Positions 41,873-50,934 of a stretch of 64,000 nucleotides of DNA are shown piece by piece. The notes beneath the pieces are model-generated. The model did no database searches and was not told the DNA's origin. It saw only the letters and a program-made list of their open reading frames with translations. Origin of the DNA: an uncultured bacterium (GTDB lineage Bacteria; Oederibacteriota; Oederibacteriia; Oederibacteriales; Oederibacteriaceae); the NCBI GenBank assembly GCA_965112635.1, contig OZ218778.1:2304001-2368000 (forward strand). Reading direction: 5' to 3'. Both the position numbers and the translations under genes were made by a program. The first letter of the stretch is position 1; each line of letters starts with the position of its first letter.

Positions 41873-43939
41873 TTAGACATAAGAGACACGGCCTTTTTTG
41901 GGAATTTTTGCCGAGGCCGCGGTTACACCCGCATCTTTGGATGCGCTTGACATTGACTGCATGGCAAGCTTGTTGTTTATATCATTGATCTTGGCTTTTA
42001 AATCGGCATTATCAGGGTCTTTTTCCAACAATTTTTTATAAATTTTAAGGGATTCTTTGATCAAGCCTCTTTTGAGATATATTTCCGCCACGGTCGTGGT
42101 CATTAATTCCTGGGGGATCTCTTCACTTTTACTGCCATCCGGCAAATCGTCAATCTGTTTTTCGAGGTGCTCTCTTTCTTTGCGTTGCTGAACAGATGCA
42201 AAAAGTCTCTCTTCTTCAGCTTGTTTCGGAGGCGTAACGCCACTGCTTCCGCTATGAACAACGGCTTCGCTCTTCCTGCCGACTACATCCACTTGAGGTG
42301 GCATCACTTGTTTTGTAGCGGAATCTACAATTGATCCTTTTTTACTGCGAATCTCTTCGACTTTTCTTACTATTTCTGGATGATTTGGAACCAGCGCCAA
42401 GATAGATTGATAATGTTCAAGGGCCTCATCAAACAAACCCTTCCCTGCAAAGACATCTCCAATCTTTGCGTGCATATCTACTTCCATTTTGAGGGCGGGA
42501 TCTAAAGGCGCAGGCTCTCCCGGAACAGCAACATTGGGAACGGGCTGTTTTGCGGAGGCAACGGTCTCCTGAACAGCAGGCCCCTTAGTCGACCTAGTCG
42601 TCAGTTGAGAAAAAGGTTCAATAGGCATACTGGCATCTGGTATTTTCCCAACCTGCGGTGCACTTTCGACTTTTGCTTTGAGATCACTGCTTTGCGGGTC
42701 GCATTCCAAAGCAGATGCAAAGGCCTGCTTGGCTTTTTCAGGATCATTTTTAGCCTGGTAATAATTCCCCAACCATAAAAACTCGACAGCAGCCTCTTTT
42801 TTCATATCCCTTTGCACCAATATCTCGCTTACCTGTTTATGGGCCTCTAGGCTGTCTGGGGAAATAGCAATGGCTTTTTGACAAACCTCTTGGGCTTTGT
42901 CGAATAAATTAGCTTTGACATAACATTCAGCGGCTGCTAGATAATGTACAGCTGCATCTTTTAGGACGTTCTTCTTGGCGTAAACATCTGCCATTTCCAA
43001 ATGAATATTGGCATTATCAGGTTCTAATTTAAGTGCTTTCCCATAGGTGGCAAGAGAATCATCCATCTTCCCTTGCTTAGCAAAAACTCTGGCTAAATGG
43101 AGAAGGGCTCCTTTGTGGTTGACCTTGTACTTTAATATGGTTTCTAGTTGGGTTTTCGCTTCATCGAACATTCCTTTCATGAAATAAACAACGCCCAGCA
43201 AATAATAAGCCTCTATGCTTTTCAGCTGAACAGATTTTTGGCTATAGGTTAATGCCTTATCGAGCTGCCCTTCTTCGATACAGATCTCCGCCACACTGAG
43301 GAACTCCTTCTTCGCCTCGCTTTCCATTCCTTCTTTTGCGTAAATTTCACCCAACCCCGCATGGGCGTTGCTGTTGTTAGGCTCAAGCACTAAGACCTTT
43401 TGAAAAACAGCCATAGCTTTTTTATGCAACCGATTGCTGAAAAAAGCCTCAGCAATGGACATGTATTCCATGATTGCTTCCTTAACCCTGCCAGATTGCT
43501 CACAAAGTTCGGCTAACTTCTGGCGTGAAAAGAAATCCTCGGGATCGTTTTTTACTATTTCCTTATAGGCATCAATAGCCTTATCCGGCTGACCTTGCTC
43601 TAATGCGGTTTCGGCGGCAACTTTTTGTTTGATGACCCCCTGTTTAGCCTTTGCTGATTCGTCTAGATTGGCAGGGTCAAACTTCGCCATTTTCCTATAA
43701 ACCACATTGGCTTTATCCATTAACCCTTGCTGGGAATACGCCTCAGCTACAAAAGAGTATTCTTTATAGGCTTCCTTTAATTCGCCTTTTTTCACATAAG
43801 CATCGCCTAACATGTTGTGCGCATTCAAATCGCTGGAATCCATCGTAAGCAATTTCTTATACTCGGCGATCGCTTTATCCCAGCGGCCTTCCTGAAAATA
43901 CACGAAGGCCATCTTTACGATAGTTTTCTTGTCTTCCAT
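41873..43939 (-). CDS. large cytoplasmic TPR protein (SgmX-like architecture)
   Basis: Many TPRs, Pro-rich linkers, late TTTVAEIY..G TPR, terminal KKGRVSYV; start set at ATG 43939 because track start 44011 lies next to the predicted -10 box. Confidence 0.8.
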   Translation of the reverse strand: MEDKKTIVKMAFVYFQEGRWDKAIAEYKKLLTMDSSDLNAHNMLGDAYVKKGELKEAYKEYSFVAEAYSQQGLMDKANVVYRKMAKFDPANLDESAKAKQGVIKQKVAAETALEQGQPDKAIDAYKEIVKNDPEDFFSRQKLAELCEQSGRVKEAIMEYMSIAEAFFSNRLHKKAMAVFQKVLVLEPNNSNAHAGLGEIYAKEGMESEAKKEFLSVAEICIEEGQLDKALTYSQKSVQLKSIEAYYLLGVVYFMKGMFDEAKTQLETILKYKVNHKGALLHLARVFAKQGKMDDSLATYGKALKLEPDNANIHLEMADVYAKKNVLKDAAVHYLAAAECYVKANLFDKAQEVCQKAIAISPDSLEAHKQVSEILVQRDMKKEAAVEFLWLGNYYQAKNDPEKAKQAFASALECDPQSSDLKAKVESAPQVGKIPDASMPIEPFSQLTTRSTKGPAVQETVASAKQPVPNVAVPGEPAPLDPALKMEVDMHAKIGDVFAGKGLFDEALEHYQSILALVPNHPEIVRKVEEIRSKKGSIVDSATKQVMPPQVDVVGRKSEAVVHSGSSGVTPPKQAEEERLFASVQQRKEREHLEKQIDDLPDGSKSEEIPQELMTTTVAEIYLKRGLIKESLKIYKKLLEKDPDNADLKAKINDINNKLAMQSMSSASKDAGVTAASAKIPKKGRVSYV

Positions 43940-44016
43940 AAAAAATCCTTTTCTCTCTCTTCTGCTAACTCCTTTAGAAAGAAGAAAATTTATATTTAGA
44001 TTTTTACCCAATATTA

Positions 44017-44045
44017 AATTTAGCAGTAAAAAAGAAGGGTGTCAA
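44017..44045 (-). promoter_or_regulatory. sigma70 promoter of the TPR-ExeA unit
   Basis: TTGACA-N17-TAAATT with extended TGn. Confidence 0.65.
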
Positions 44046-44137
44046 GAAAAGTCTCAGTAAATAAAGGAAATTGGTCAATTTTATTATTCGGCAAAATCAT
44101 TCTATAAATCTTTACGCAGAACTAATCGCCATTTTAA

Positions 44138-44920
44138 TTAAGGGTGGAAGAACTTTTGAATCCGCTCGATTCTTTTCGCTTTGCCAGTCAACACATCTAT
44201 TTCAATAAATGCGCCGCAAAGCTTAATATCCTCGTTGGCCACCTCTAATTTCGTTGGCAACTGGGTCAAGAATCGCTTTAGGATAATATCCTTTTTCACA
44301 CCAATGACAGAATCATGCGGACCGGTCATTCCTAGATCGGTAATATAGGCAGTCCCCTTGGGCAAAATGGCTTCGTCCGCTGTTTGAATATGGGTGTGTG
44401 TGCCAAACACCGCGCTAACTTTTCCGTCAAGATACCATCCTATTGCCCGCTTTTCTGAAGTTACCTCGGCATGCATGTCTACAAGTATGACTTTAGTTTT
44501 GCTCAACAATTTTTCGACTTCAGCTAACCCGACAGTAAAAGGGCTTTCAAAATCTTTCATATACACTCTGCCTATGAGGTTAATGACGCCCACCAGCAAG
44601 CCATTAACTTGAAAGAGACAGGTGCCTCTGCCGGGTACTGCTGGAGGGTAATTAGCTGGTCTTAATAAATTGGGGTCAGAATCGATAATATTTAGGACCT
44701 CTTCTTTATCCCAAATATGGTTTCCAGAAGTTAAAACGTCAACTCCAGACTCGTAGATTTCCTGGGCTACCGAGGGGGTGATGCCAAAACCAGCAGCGGC
44801 ATTCTCAATATTGGCAACAACAAAATCGATCTTTTTTTCTTTCTTCAAAATAGGTAATAATCCCTTAACGGCCAACCTGCCAGGCTTCCCAAAAATATCG
44901 CCTATACAAAGAACATTCAT
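44138..44920 (-). CDS. ymdB: YmdB/TIGR00282 metallophosphoesterase
   Basis: GDIFGKPG, ENAAAG, SGNHIWD, DMHAEVTSEK, GTHTHIQTAD, DLGMTGP; follows rny. Confidence 0.93.
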   Translation of the reverse strand: MNVLCIGDIFGKPGRLAVKGLLPILKKEKKIDFVVANIENAAAGFGITPSVAQEIYESGVDVLTSGNHIWDKEEVLNIIDSDPNLLRPANYPPAVPGRGTCLFQVNGLLVGVINLIGRVYMKDFESPFTVGLAEVEKLLSKTKVILVDMHAEVTSEKRAIGWYLDGKVSAVFGTHTHIQTADEAILPKGTAYITDLGMTGPHDSVIGVKKDIILKRFLTQLPTKLEVANEDIKLCGAFIEIDVLTGKAKRIERIQKFFHP

Positions 44921-44958
44921 CAAGCAGCCTCTCTTAGAAAATGGCGGTTGTTTAATAG

Positions 44959-46503
44959 CTACCGGGCATATTCAACAGCCCTTGTCTCGCGTATAACGAT
45001 CACCTTGATTTGACCCGGATATTCTAATTCTTTTTCAACTTTTTTGGCAATATCTCTCGCTAATTGGCTGGCCCCTATATCATCCACTTCCGCATGATCA
45101 ACAATGATTCGTATCTCCCTCCCCGCCTGAATAGCAAAAGCTCGCTCGACGCCCGAGAAAGAATCAGCGATTTTTTCGAGGTTCTCCAAACGTTTAATAT
45201 AACTTTCTAGCATTTCCCTGCGTGCGCCGGGCCTGGAAGCGGATACCGCATCGGCTACTTGAACCAACACGGCTTCAAGACACTGAAAGGGAGTCTCAAA
45301 ATGATGCGCCTGAATGGTATTGAGAACTTTGGGAGATTCGTTGAATTTGCGCGCCATATCAGCGCCAATCTGAGCATGAGAACCTTCTACCTCATGGGAA
45401 ACCGCTTTGCCAATATCATGCAGCAAGCCTCCGCGCTTGGCTACAGCCACATCGGCACCCAATTCCGCAGCCATTATTCCTGCAAGATAACACACTTCAA
45501 GTGAATGCATGAGAGTATTCTGGCCATAGCTTGTCCTATACTTCAGCCGCCCCAACAACTTGATCGCCTCGGGATGTAATCCAGGAATTCCTGCGTCTAC
45601 AGAGGCCTTTTCCCCTATCTCGCTGAGCTTAGTCTCCATCTCTTCTCTCACTTTGGCAACGACTTCCTCAATCCTGGCTGGATGGATACGTCCATCCACA
45701 ATTAAACGCTCAAGGGTTATACGGGCAATCTCCCTCCTAACCACATCGAATCCAGAAAGGATAACAGCCTCAGGAGTGTCGTCTACAACCACGTCGACAC
45801 CAGTGGCCATTTCCAAAGCACGAATATTTCGCCCCTCTTTGCCAATGATCCTGCCTTTCATATCTTCGTTGGGCAGAGTAACAACTGAAACCGTGGACTC
45901 CACGGTATGCTCTGTGGCAATCCGCTGAATGGCTGTGCTAACTATTTCCCTGGCTTTTCTCTCGGCAGTTTCCTTAGTCTCTTCTTCTATTTGCCTGATG
46001 AGGACTGCGCCGTCCAAACGGATCTGCTCCTCTAGCTGTTGTAACAAAGATTTTTTGGCCGCCTCTGCTGTCATCCCCGAAATCCTCTCCAAACGCTGGG
46101 TTACTTCTTCGATAAGCGCAGAGCACTTCTGCTCTTTCTCGAGAACACCCTTTTCCTTGAGGACAGACTCTTTTTCTCTTCCTATTAAATCCCGCTCCCT
46201 TTTCTCCAGGGTTTCTGATTTATTCTCCATGTTTTCTTCGCGTTGATTCAATCTTTTTTCGAGGTTTTGCATCTCATTCCGGCGGCTCTTGACCTCCTCG
46301 TCAAACTTGGCCCTTTCTTGGTAAAAAAAATCCTTCATTTCGACCGAAGTTTCCTTTTTTGCGTTATCGATCTGTTTTTTAGCGTCATCTAATATTGCTA
46401 ATGCCTGATCTTTTTTTGAACCCACGTAAGAGCCAACCAAATAGGTGCTGACCGCATAACCTAAACCAATTCCTGCTAAGCCAATAATAATAGGCAAAAA
46501 CAT
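44959..46503 (-). CDS. rny: ribonuclease Y
   Basis: N-terminal TM, coiled coil, KH ([13 protein letters not shown]), HD (LLHDIGK), [10 protein letters not shown]; ATG 46503 with AAGGAGG RBS. Confidence 0.97.
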   Translation of the reverse strand: MFLPIIIGLAGIGLGYAVSTYLVGSYVGSKKDQALAILDDAKKQIDNAKKETSVEMKDFFYQERAKFDEEVKSRRNEMQNLEKRLNQREENMENKSETLEKRERDLIGREKESVLKEKGVLEKEQKCSALIEEVTQRLERISGMTAEAAKKSLLQQLEEQIRLDGAVLIRQIEEETKETAERKAREIVSTAIQRIATEHTVESTVSVVTLPNEDMKGRIIGKEGRNIRALEMATGVDVVVDDTPEAVILSGFDVVRREIARITLERLIVDGRIHPARIEEVVAKVREEMETKLSEIGEKASVDAGIPGLHPEAIKLLGRLKYRTSYGQNTLMHSLEVCYLAGIMAAELGADVAVAKRGGLLHDIGKAVSHEVEGSHAQIGADMARKFNESPKVLNTIQAHHFETPFQCLEAVLVQVADAVSASRPGARREMLESYIKRLENLEKIADSFSGVERAFAIQAGREIRIIVDHAEVDDIGASQLARDIAKKVEKELEYPGQIKVIVIRETRAVEYAR

Positions 46504-46865
46504 AATGTGCGCCTCCTTAGGCAAAATATGAAATGGAAACAACTGTTTGATGAATATTTTTGGCTAAAAAAGGAATAAAAAGGGTGGCCCATGAAAAACT
46601 AGCTGAAAATGTCGGAAGAAAAAAGCAGCATCAATAGACCACAAAACTTATTAAACAATTGGCTGTTCCAAACACCATTAAGTTTTTACCAATCACATAA
46701 CAAGTCTATCTTCTACTGCCTGAACAGGCTAAAAACCCCGAGCAATCATTCTTCGTGTTCTTTAGCAATTTTTGTTAAAGCCTGATACAAAGGAAATCTC
46801 CCAAACAAATTCTTAAGCGCCAAAAGCCTTTTATCCAGTTTGTTAGCTCATACTTTACTAAATAT

Positions 46866-46895
46866 ATCATAATACATTCGTGTTCTGAATGACAA
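46866..46895 (-). promoter_or_regulatory. putative sigma70 promoter about 360 nt upstream of rny
   Basis: TTGTCA-N18-TATGAT on minus strand. Confidence 0.4.
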
Positions 46896-46910
46896 TAACA
46901 AAACGAATAA

Positions 46911-47465
46911 CTAGGACTTTCCCGAGCTTCTAGATTTTTTTAGCAAACCAAAGACCCTCATCCTATTTCCACCAAACCGAACCAACAAAACCGAAAGAAA
47001 TAAGAGAGAAAAATCCCTAATTAAGACGCCTGCTCCTATCTTTTCCCCCCAACCTAACAAATCAAAACAACCGCAGTCCAGATTGAAACCCCGTAAAAGA
47101 CTTATGGTAATGACCGCTATAAAAACCGATAGTAACACTGAAACGATCAAGGCTGCGCTCTGGACAAAAACATCGAACAAAACAAAAACCCCGCAGGTGA
47201 ATTCCAGCCAAGACATGATGGGCGAAAAAATAGGAACAAACACTTTAGGCAGCAGATCGTACAAATAAACTGTCTTTAGAAATTTATCCGGATAAACTAT
47301 TTTGCCTAGCCCGGAAATAATGAATAAAAGGCCGATAGTTAATTTGGCAATCAAAAATATGAGTGGCAAAAACCAGGGAACATGGCTTTTATTGCGGCGC
47401 CTTAACTCTATCCTTTGACTTGGCCTGAATTTTGAAAATAAGGCACTCTTATTTTTTCTTGACAT
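46911..47465 (-). CDS. MauE/DoxX-family membrane protein
   Basis: SGLGKI..P..F, WLE...G, LDCGCF, RD motif; start set at ATG 47465 overlapping rhodanese stop (track start 47621). Confidence 0.85.
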   Translation of the reverse strand: MSRKNKSALFSKFRPSQRIELRRRNKSHVPWFLPLIFLIAKLTIGLLFIISGLGKIVYPDKFLKTVYLYDLLPKVFVPIFSPIMSWLEFTCGVFVLFDVFVQSAALIVSVLLSVFIAVITISLLRGFNLDCGCFDLLGWGEKIGAGVLIRDFSLLFLSVLLVRFGGNRMRVFGLLKKSRSSGKS

Positions 47466-48054
47466 ACTTTTCCTCGTCACCCTGTTCGATGGGATAGCGG
47501 GCTTCTTTCCACATATCCCAACCCCCAAAAAAAACACAAACTTTCTTGTAACCAAAATCCCACAGCACCTCAGCAGCTTCCTTGGATAGATTGCACTCTG
47601 TCCCATGACAATAAGTGACAATGAGCTTGTTTTTGTTTTTCTTCAAAAGCTTAAAAACTCCGCCCGGGTCTTTAGAGATTACGGGCGAAGGGATAGCTCC
47701 TCGAATGTGTCCGGTTAAATACTCCTCATAGGACCTTGCATCTATAAATATAGTCTTTTTGCTCTTGAATAAAATCAAAGCCGTAGCAAGATTAATGGTT
47801 TTAATCTGCTGTTTAGATGAAGCGGGCTGTAATAAATTTTGATTAACAAAAATTATTTCCCTTTTATCATTTGGAATACGCTTTGATGTGACATGTCTAC
47901 CCTGATCCACAACAGGACCAGATTGAGGTTCTGTTAAATAATATACGCGCACCTGATTAATCACTGCCAATATTATAGAGATGAACAAAATGAGCAAGGA
48001 CTGCAGTATTATATCTTTAACTTTTTGATCTAGCAAAATAACTCTAATTTGCAT
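47449..48054 (-). CDS. membrane-anchored rhodanese-domain protein
   Basis: N-terminal TM, IDARSYEEYLTGHIRGA, YCHGTECNLS, GGWDMW. Confidence 0.88.
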   Translation of the reverse strand: MQIRVILLDQKVKDIILQSLLILFISIILAVINQVRVYYLTEPQSGPVVDQGRHVTSKRIPNDKREIIFVNQNLLQPASSKQQIKTINLATALILFKSKKTIFIDARSYEEYLTGHIRGAIPSPVISKDPGGVFKLLKKNKNKLIVTYCHGTECNLSKEAAEVLWDFGYKKVCVFFGGWDMWKEARYPIEQGDEEKYVKKK

Positions 48055-49192
48055 GGCCCCTTCTTTTTATATTGAACCGGTCGATACCGAACGGCTTGAT
48101 AATGTCCGAAGTTCGGCCTGATAATATTAACGCTGATATCTCCTGCGCTGTAATAGGAGTCAAAAGTATTCCTTTCCTAAAATGACCTGTTGCTAAAATG
48201 TACCCCTGAATAGGTGTTAAACCCAAAATGGGCCACCGGTCGGGCGCGGCTGGTCGCAACCCGCTTTCTACGCTTTCCATTCTGTAATTTTTTATTCCAG
48301 GATAGGTCTGAAGTGCCATCTTTAGCAAGCGATACACACCTTCGGGCGTAGAGGTTTTGTCAAAACCGACATCTTCTTCTATGGAGCCTAAGATCAAAGT
48401 ACCGTCTTTACGAGGAACTAAATAGCATCCCTTGGAAAAAACAACATTTTTTAGGTGGGAACGGTGCGCTGTATTGCTTATCCGCAAATTAACCCGCTGC
48501 CCCCTGATAGGGATGATGGGAACTTTTAAAGAAGGAACGCACAAAGAGGGCTTCCCAGCCCATGACCCTGCTGCGTTAATGACCCAGGCAGCTTTGAAAC
48601 TACCACACTTGGTTTTCACGCCCTCAACAACCGTCTGCTCTTCTAGTAGACCGACGACCTCTTGCTTCTCTTGAATATTGACATTGAATAACTTGCAGGC
48701 AGACAACAACGCCATCGTCAGTTTCCGGTTATCCACCTGATGGTCATTGTGTACATAAAAACCTCCTAAAAAAGAACTAGACACCCCAGGCCAATGGGCC
48801 AACATATCCTTTTTAGACATCCTGTCATAAACAAGCCCTCTTTTGTTTTGCCACATAAACTGGGATACAAGTTTTTTCTCTTCGGTTTGTTTATACACAG
48901 GATACAAGACGCCCGTCGGGATGTAATCGGCAGTTAACCCGGTAAAGTTTTCAAGCTCTCGTATAAAGGCAGGGTATAAAAGGCTACTTGCTTGATTTAA
49001 TAGGAAAAAATCGTCATTTTCAAAGGATTCGCCATAAGGCAACAACATTCCTGCAGCGGCAAAGGAAGCCTCCCTACCTATTAGTCCCCGTTCCAGGATG
49101 GTTATTTTTAGTTTTTTCTGGGACAACCGCCAGGCTATTGCCAAACCTATGATACCACCACCAATAATGATAACATCCGACTGGTTTTTCAT
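48044..49192 (-). CDS. thiO: glycine oxidase ThiO-like FAD oxidase
   Basis: IIGGGIIG, ASFAAAGML, QVDNR, YLVPR, GLRP, GHFRKGILLTP. Confidence 0.8.
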   Translation of the reverse strand: MKNQSDVIIIGGGIIGLAIAWRLSQKKLKITILERGLIGREASFAAAGMLLPYGESFENDDFFLLNQASSLLYPAFIRELENFTGLTADYIPTGVLYPVYKQTEEKKLVSQFMWQNKRGLVYDRMSKKDMLAHWPGVSSSFLGGFYVHNDHQVDNRKLTMALLSACKLFNVNIQEKQEVVGLLEEQTVVEGVKTKCGSFKAAWVINAAGSWAGKPSLCVPSLKVPIIPIRGQRVNLRISNTAHRSHLKNVVFSKGCYLVPRKDGTLILGSIEEDVGFDKTSTPEGVYRLLKMALQTYPGIKNYRMESVESGLRPAAPDRWPILGLTPIQGYILATGHFRKGILLTPITAQEISALILSGRTSDIIKPFGIDRFNIKRRGHAN

Positions 49193-49209
49193 TTCCGAAC
49201 CTCTCTAAA

Positions 49210-49812
49210 TTACCCGATCTGTCCGAACTCCCTGACCCGGAATTCAGCGCCAAGTTCGCGTGCTATTGTTTCGCATGCCTTGATATCTATAGTTGGTAAT
49301 CCCACCACAGTGACCACTACCCTTGGTATATATTTTGTGCACTCACCAATAAAATCCAAGACCCCCTGGAAAGCTGCCTCCCCGAATTCTGGCCTGCATA
49401 AGGCAACATATTTTTCTTTGTTTTCAGCGTTGAGGCTTATGGAAACAGCTCCCAGAAATCTGGCCAGGCCCGGAACAATATTGGTTTTATGAATCAGATT
49501 TCCATGCCCATTAGTGTTTAGCCTGATATTTCCGCCCGATTTTTTCAAAGCCATCCCCACTTGATTCAGGCAATCTAATCGCAGAGTCGGCTCACCAAAA
49601 CCGCAAAAAACAACCTCTTTATATTGTTTAGTATCCCCCACTGCCCTTATAATTTCTTCGGCTGATGGTTCCTTGGCTAAGCTCAGGTCAAATCCCTGGA
49701 CAATCGGTTTTTTTTTACGATCACAAAAAAGACACTCTGAAGTACACCGATTAGTAATATTGAGATATAGAGACTCTCTGATTTTATAGACAAAAATGGG
49801 ACGTTCAGTCAT
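49210..49812 (-). CDS. radical SAM protein of the TatD-associated family
   Basis: YLNITNRCTSECLFC, EVVFCGFGEP, RLNTNGHG, SISLNA; start set at ATG 49812 (track start 49860). Confidence 0.85.
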   Translation of the reverse strand: MTERPIFVYKIRESLYLNITNRCTSECLFCDRKKKPIVQGFDLSLAKEPSAEEIIRAVGDTKQYKEVVFCGFGEPTLRLDCLNQVGMALKKSGGNIRLNTNGHGNLIHKTNIVPGLARFLGAVSISLNAENKEKYVALCRPEFGEAAFQGVLDFIGECTKYIPRVVVTVVGLPTIDIKACETIARELGAEFRVREFGQIG

Positions 49813-49835
49813 CTGCACAACCCTTTGCTCAATAG

Positions 49836-50906
49836 TTAATAGCTCTTGGGGTAGTAACAATTTTCGTAAGCGGTCTTGTACATAGCCAAAATATTCTCTA
49901 GAGGCGCGTCTGGTTGAATGTAAGTATGGGAGGGACCTAGGATAAACCCCCCGCCATTTCCCAAAAGTCTGAATTTATTTAAGACCTCATTTCTTACGTC
50001 CCCAGGATTGCCCTTCCGTAGAATATTTAAAATATCTACGGAACCATAAAAAGTAATATCTTTTCCAAAATCTCTTTTTAGCCCTTCTGGTTCCATGCCC
50101 ACAGCCGTAGTTTGTATCGGCTCAAGGATGTCCACCCCTGCCTCAATGAGTTCCGGCATCAATTTCCTGACACTACCACACACATGGAGCAGAAATTTTT
50201 TTTGGTGTTTATGCAAAATATCAGAGATTGTCTGTAGGTATGGCTTAACATATTCCCGGAACATGGGGACTGAAATCATCGGCCCCTGAGCAGTACAAAA
50301 ATCATCAGCCATATAATAAATATCGAAAAATGGGCCAGCCTCAGAACACAGCCGTTCGACCGCCGGAAACATATAATGGGTTATCTTTCCTAAAATGGCT
50401 TTGGCTAGAGCCGGATTCTCAGCCATATCCATCAAAAAATTTGTCAGTCCCCTCATAAAAGTGGCGTTAAAAAAACATCCATGGGTGATATCCGCAATGA
50501 CCGCAACATCGGGATATCTCTGTCGGGCGGTCTTGATATTTTCATATGTAGTTTCATCAACGGTCGGCCAGGGATAGGCTTCAATCTCCTCGACCGTGTT
50601 TAAATTCCCCAGGGGATGATAAGCAATCTCGTATAAATAGCCGAAATCGTACTTCACTTTTCGTGTCCCATACCCCCAGAAACAAGTACTAATTCCTCCC
50701 GGCCTCTCACCGATATTTTTGAAATGATGGGTAACTTGTACTTCGCGGGTATCAGCGTGCACGGCTTTCCACAACTCATCATCTGTCTTGATTTTAAAAT
50801 GCTCTTTGAGTATAACCTTGACTTCCGCTTCGCAATCAAAAGTAATGGGCACCCTGTCCGGTTCTTTGTGACCCACTGCAGTCAAAACTCTGGCTCTTCC
50901 ATCCAT
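49836..50906 (-). CDS. uroporphyrinogen decarboxylase / MtaA-like TIM-barrel protein
   Basis: HKEPDRVP, MRG...L.D, ADD...Q.GPMIS, HVCG, PIQ, GGGFILGPSH, PLENI. Confidence 0.85.
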   Translation of the reverse strand: MDGRARVLTAVGHKEPDRVPITFDCEAEVKVILKEHFKIKTDDELWKAVHADTREVQVTHHFKNIGERPGGISTCFWGYGTRKVKYDFGYLYEIAYHPLGNLNTVEEIEAYPWPTVDETTYENIKTARQRYPDVAVIADITHGCFFNATFMRGLTNFLMDMAENPALAKAILGKITHYMFPAVERLCSEAGPFFDIYYMADDFCTAQGPMISVPMFREYVKPYLQTISDILHKHQKKFLLHVCGSVRKLMPELIEAGVDILEPIQTTAVGMEPEGLKRDFGKDITFYGSVDILNILRKGNPGDVRNEVLNKFRLLGNGGGFILGPSHTYIQPDAPLENILAMYKTAYENCYYPKSY

Positions 50907-50934
50907 AATACTAGCCTAACCTTTCGTTTCGTTC

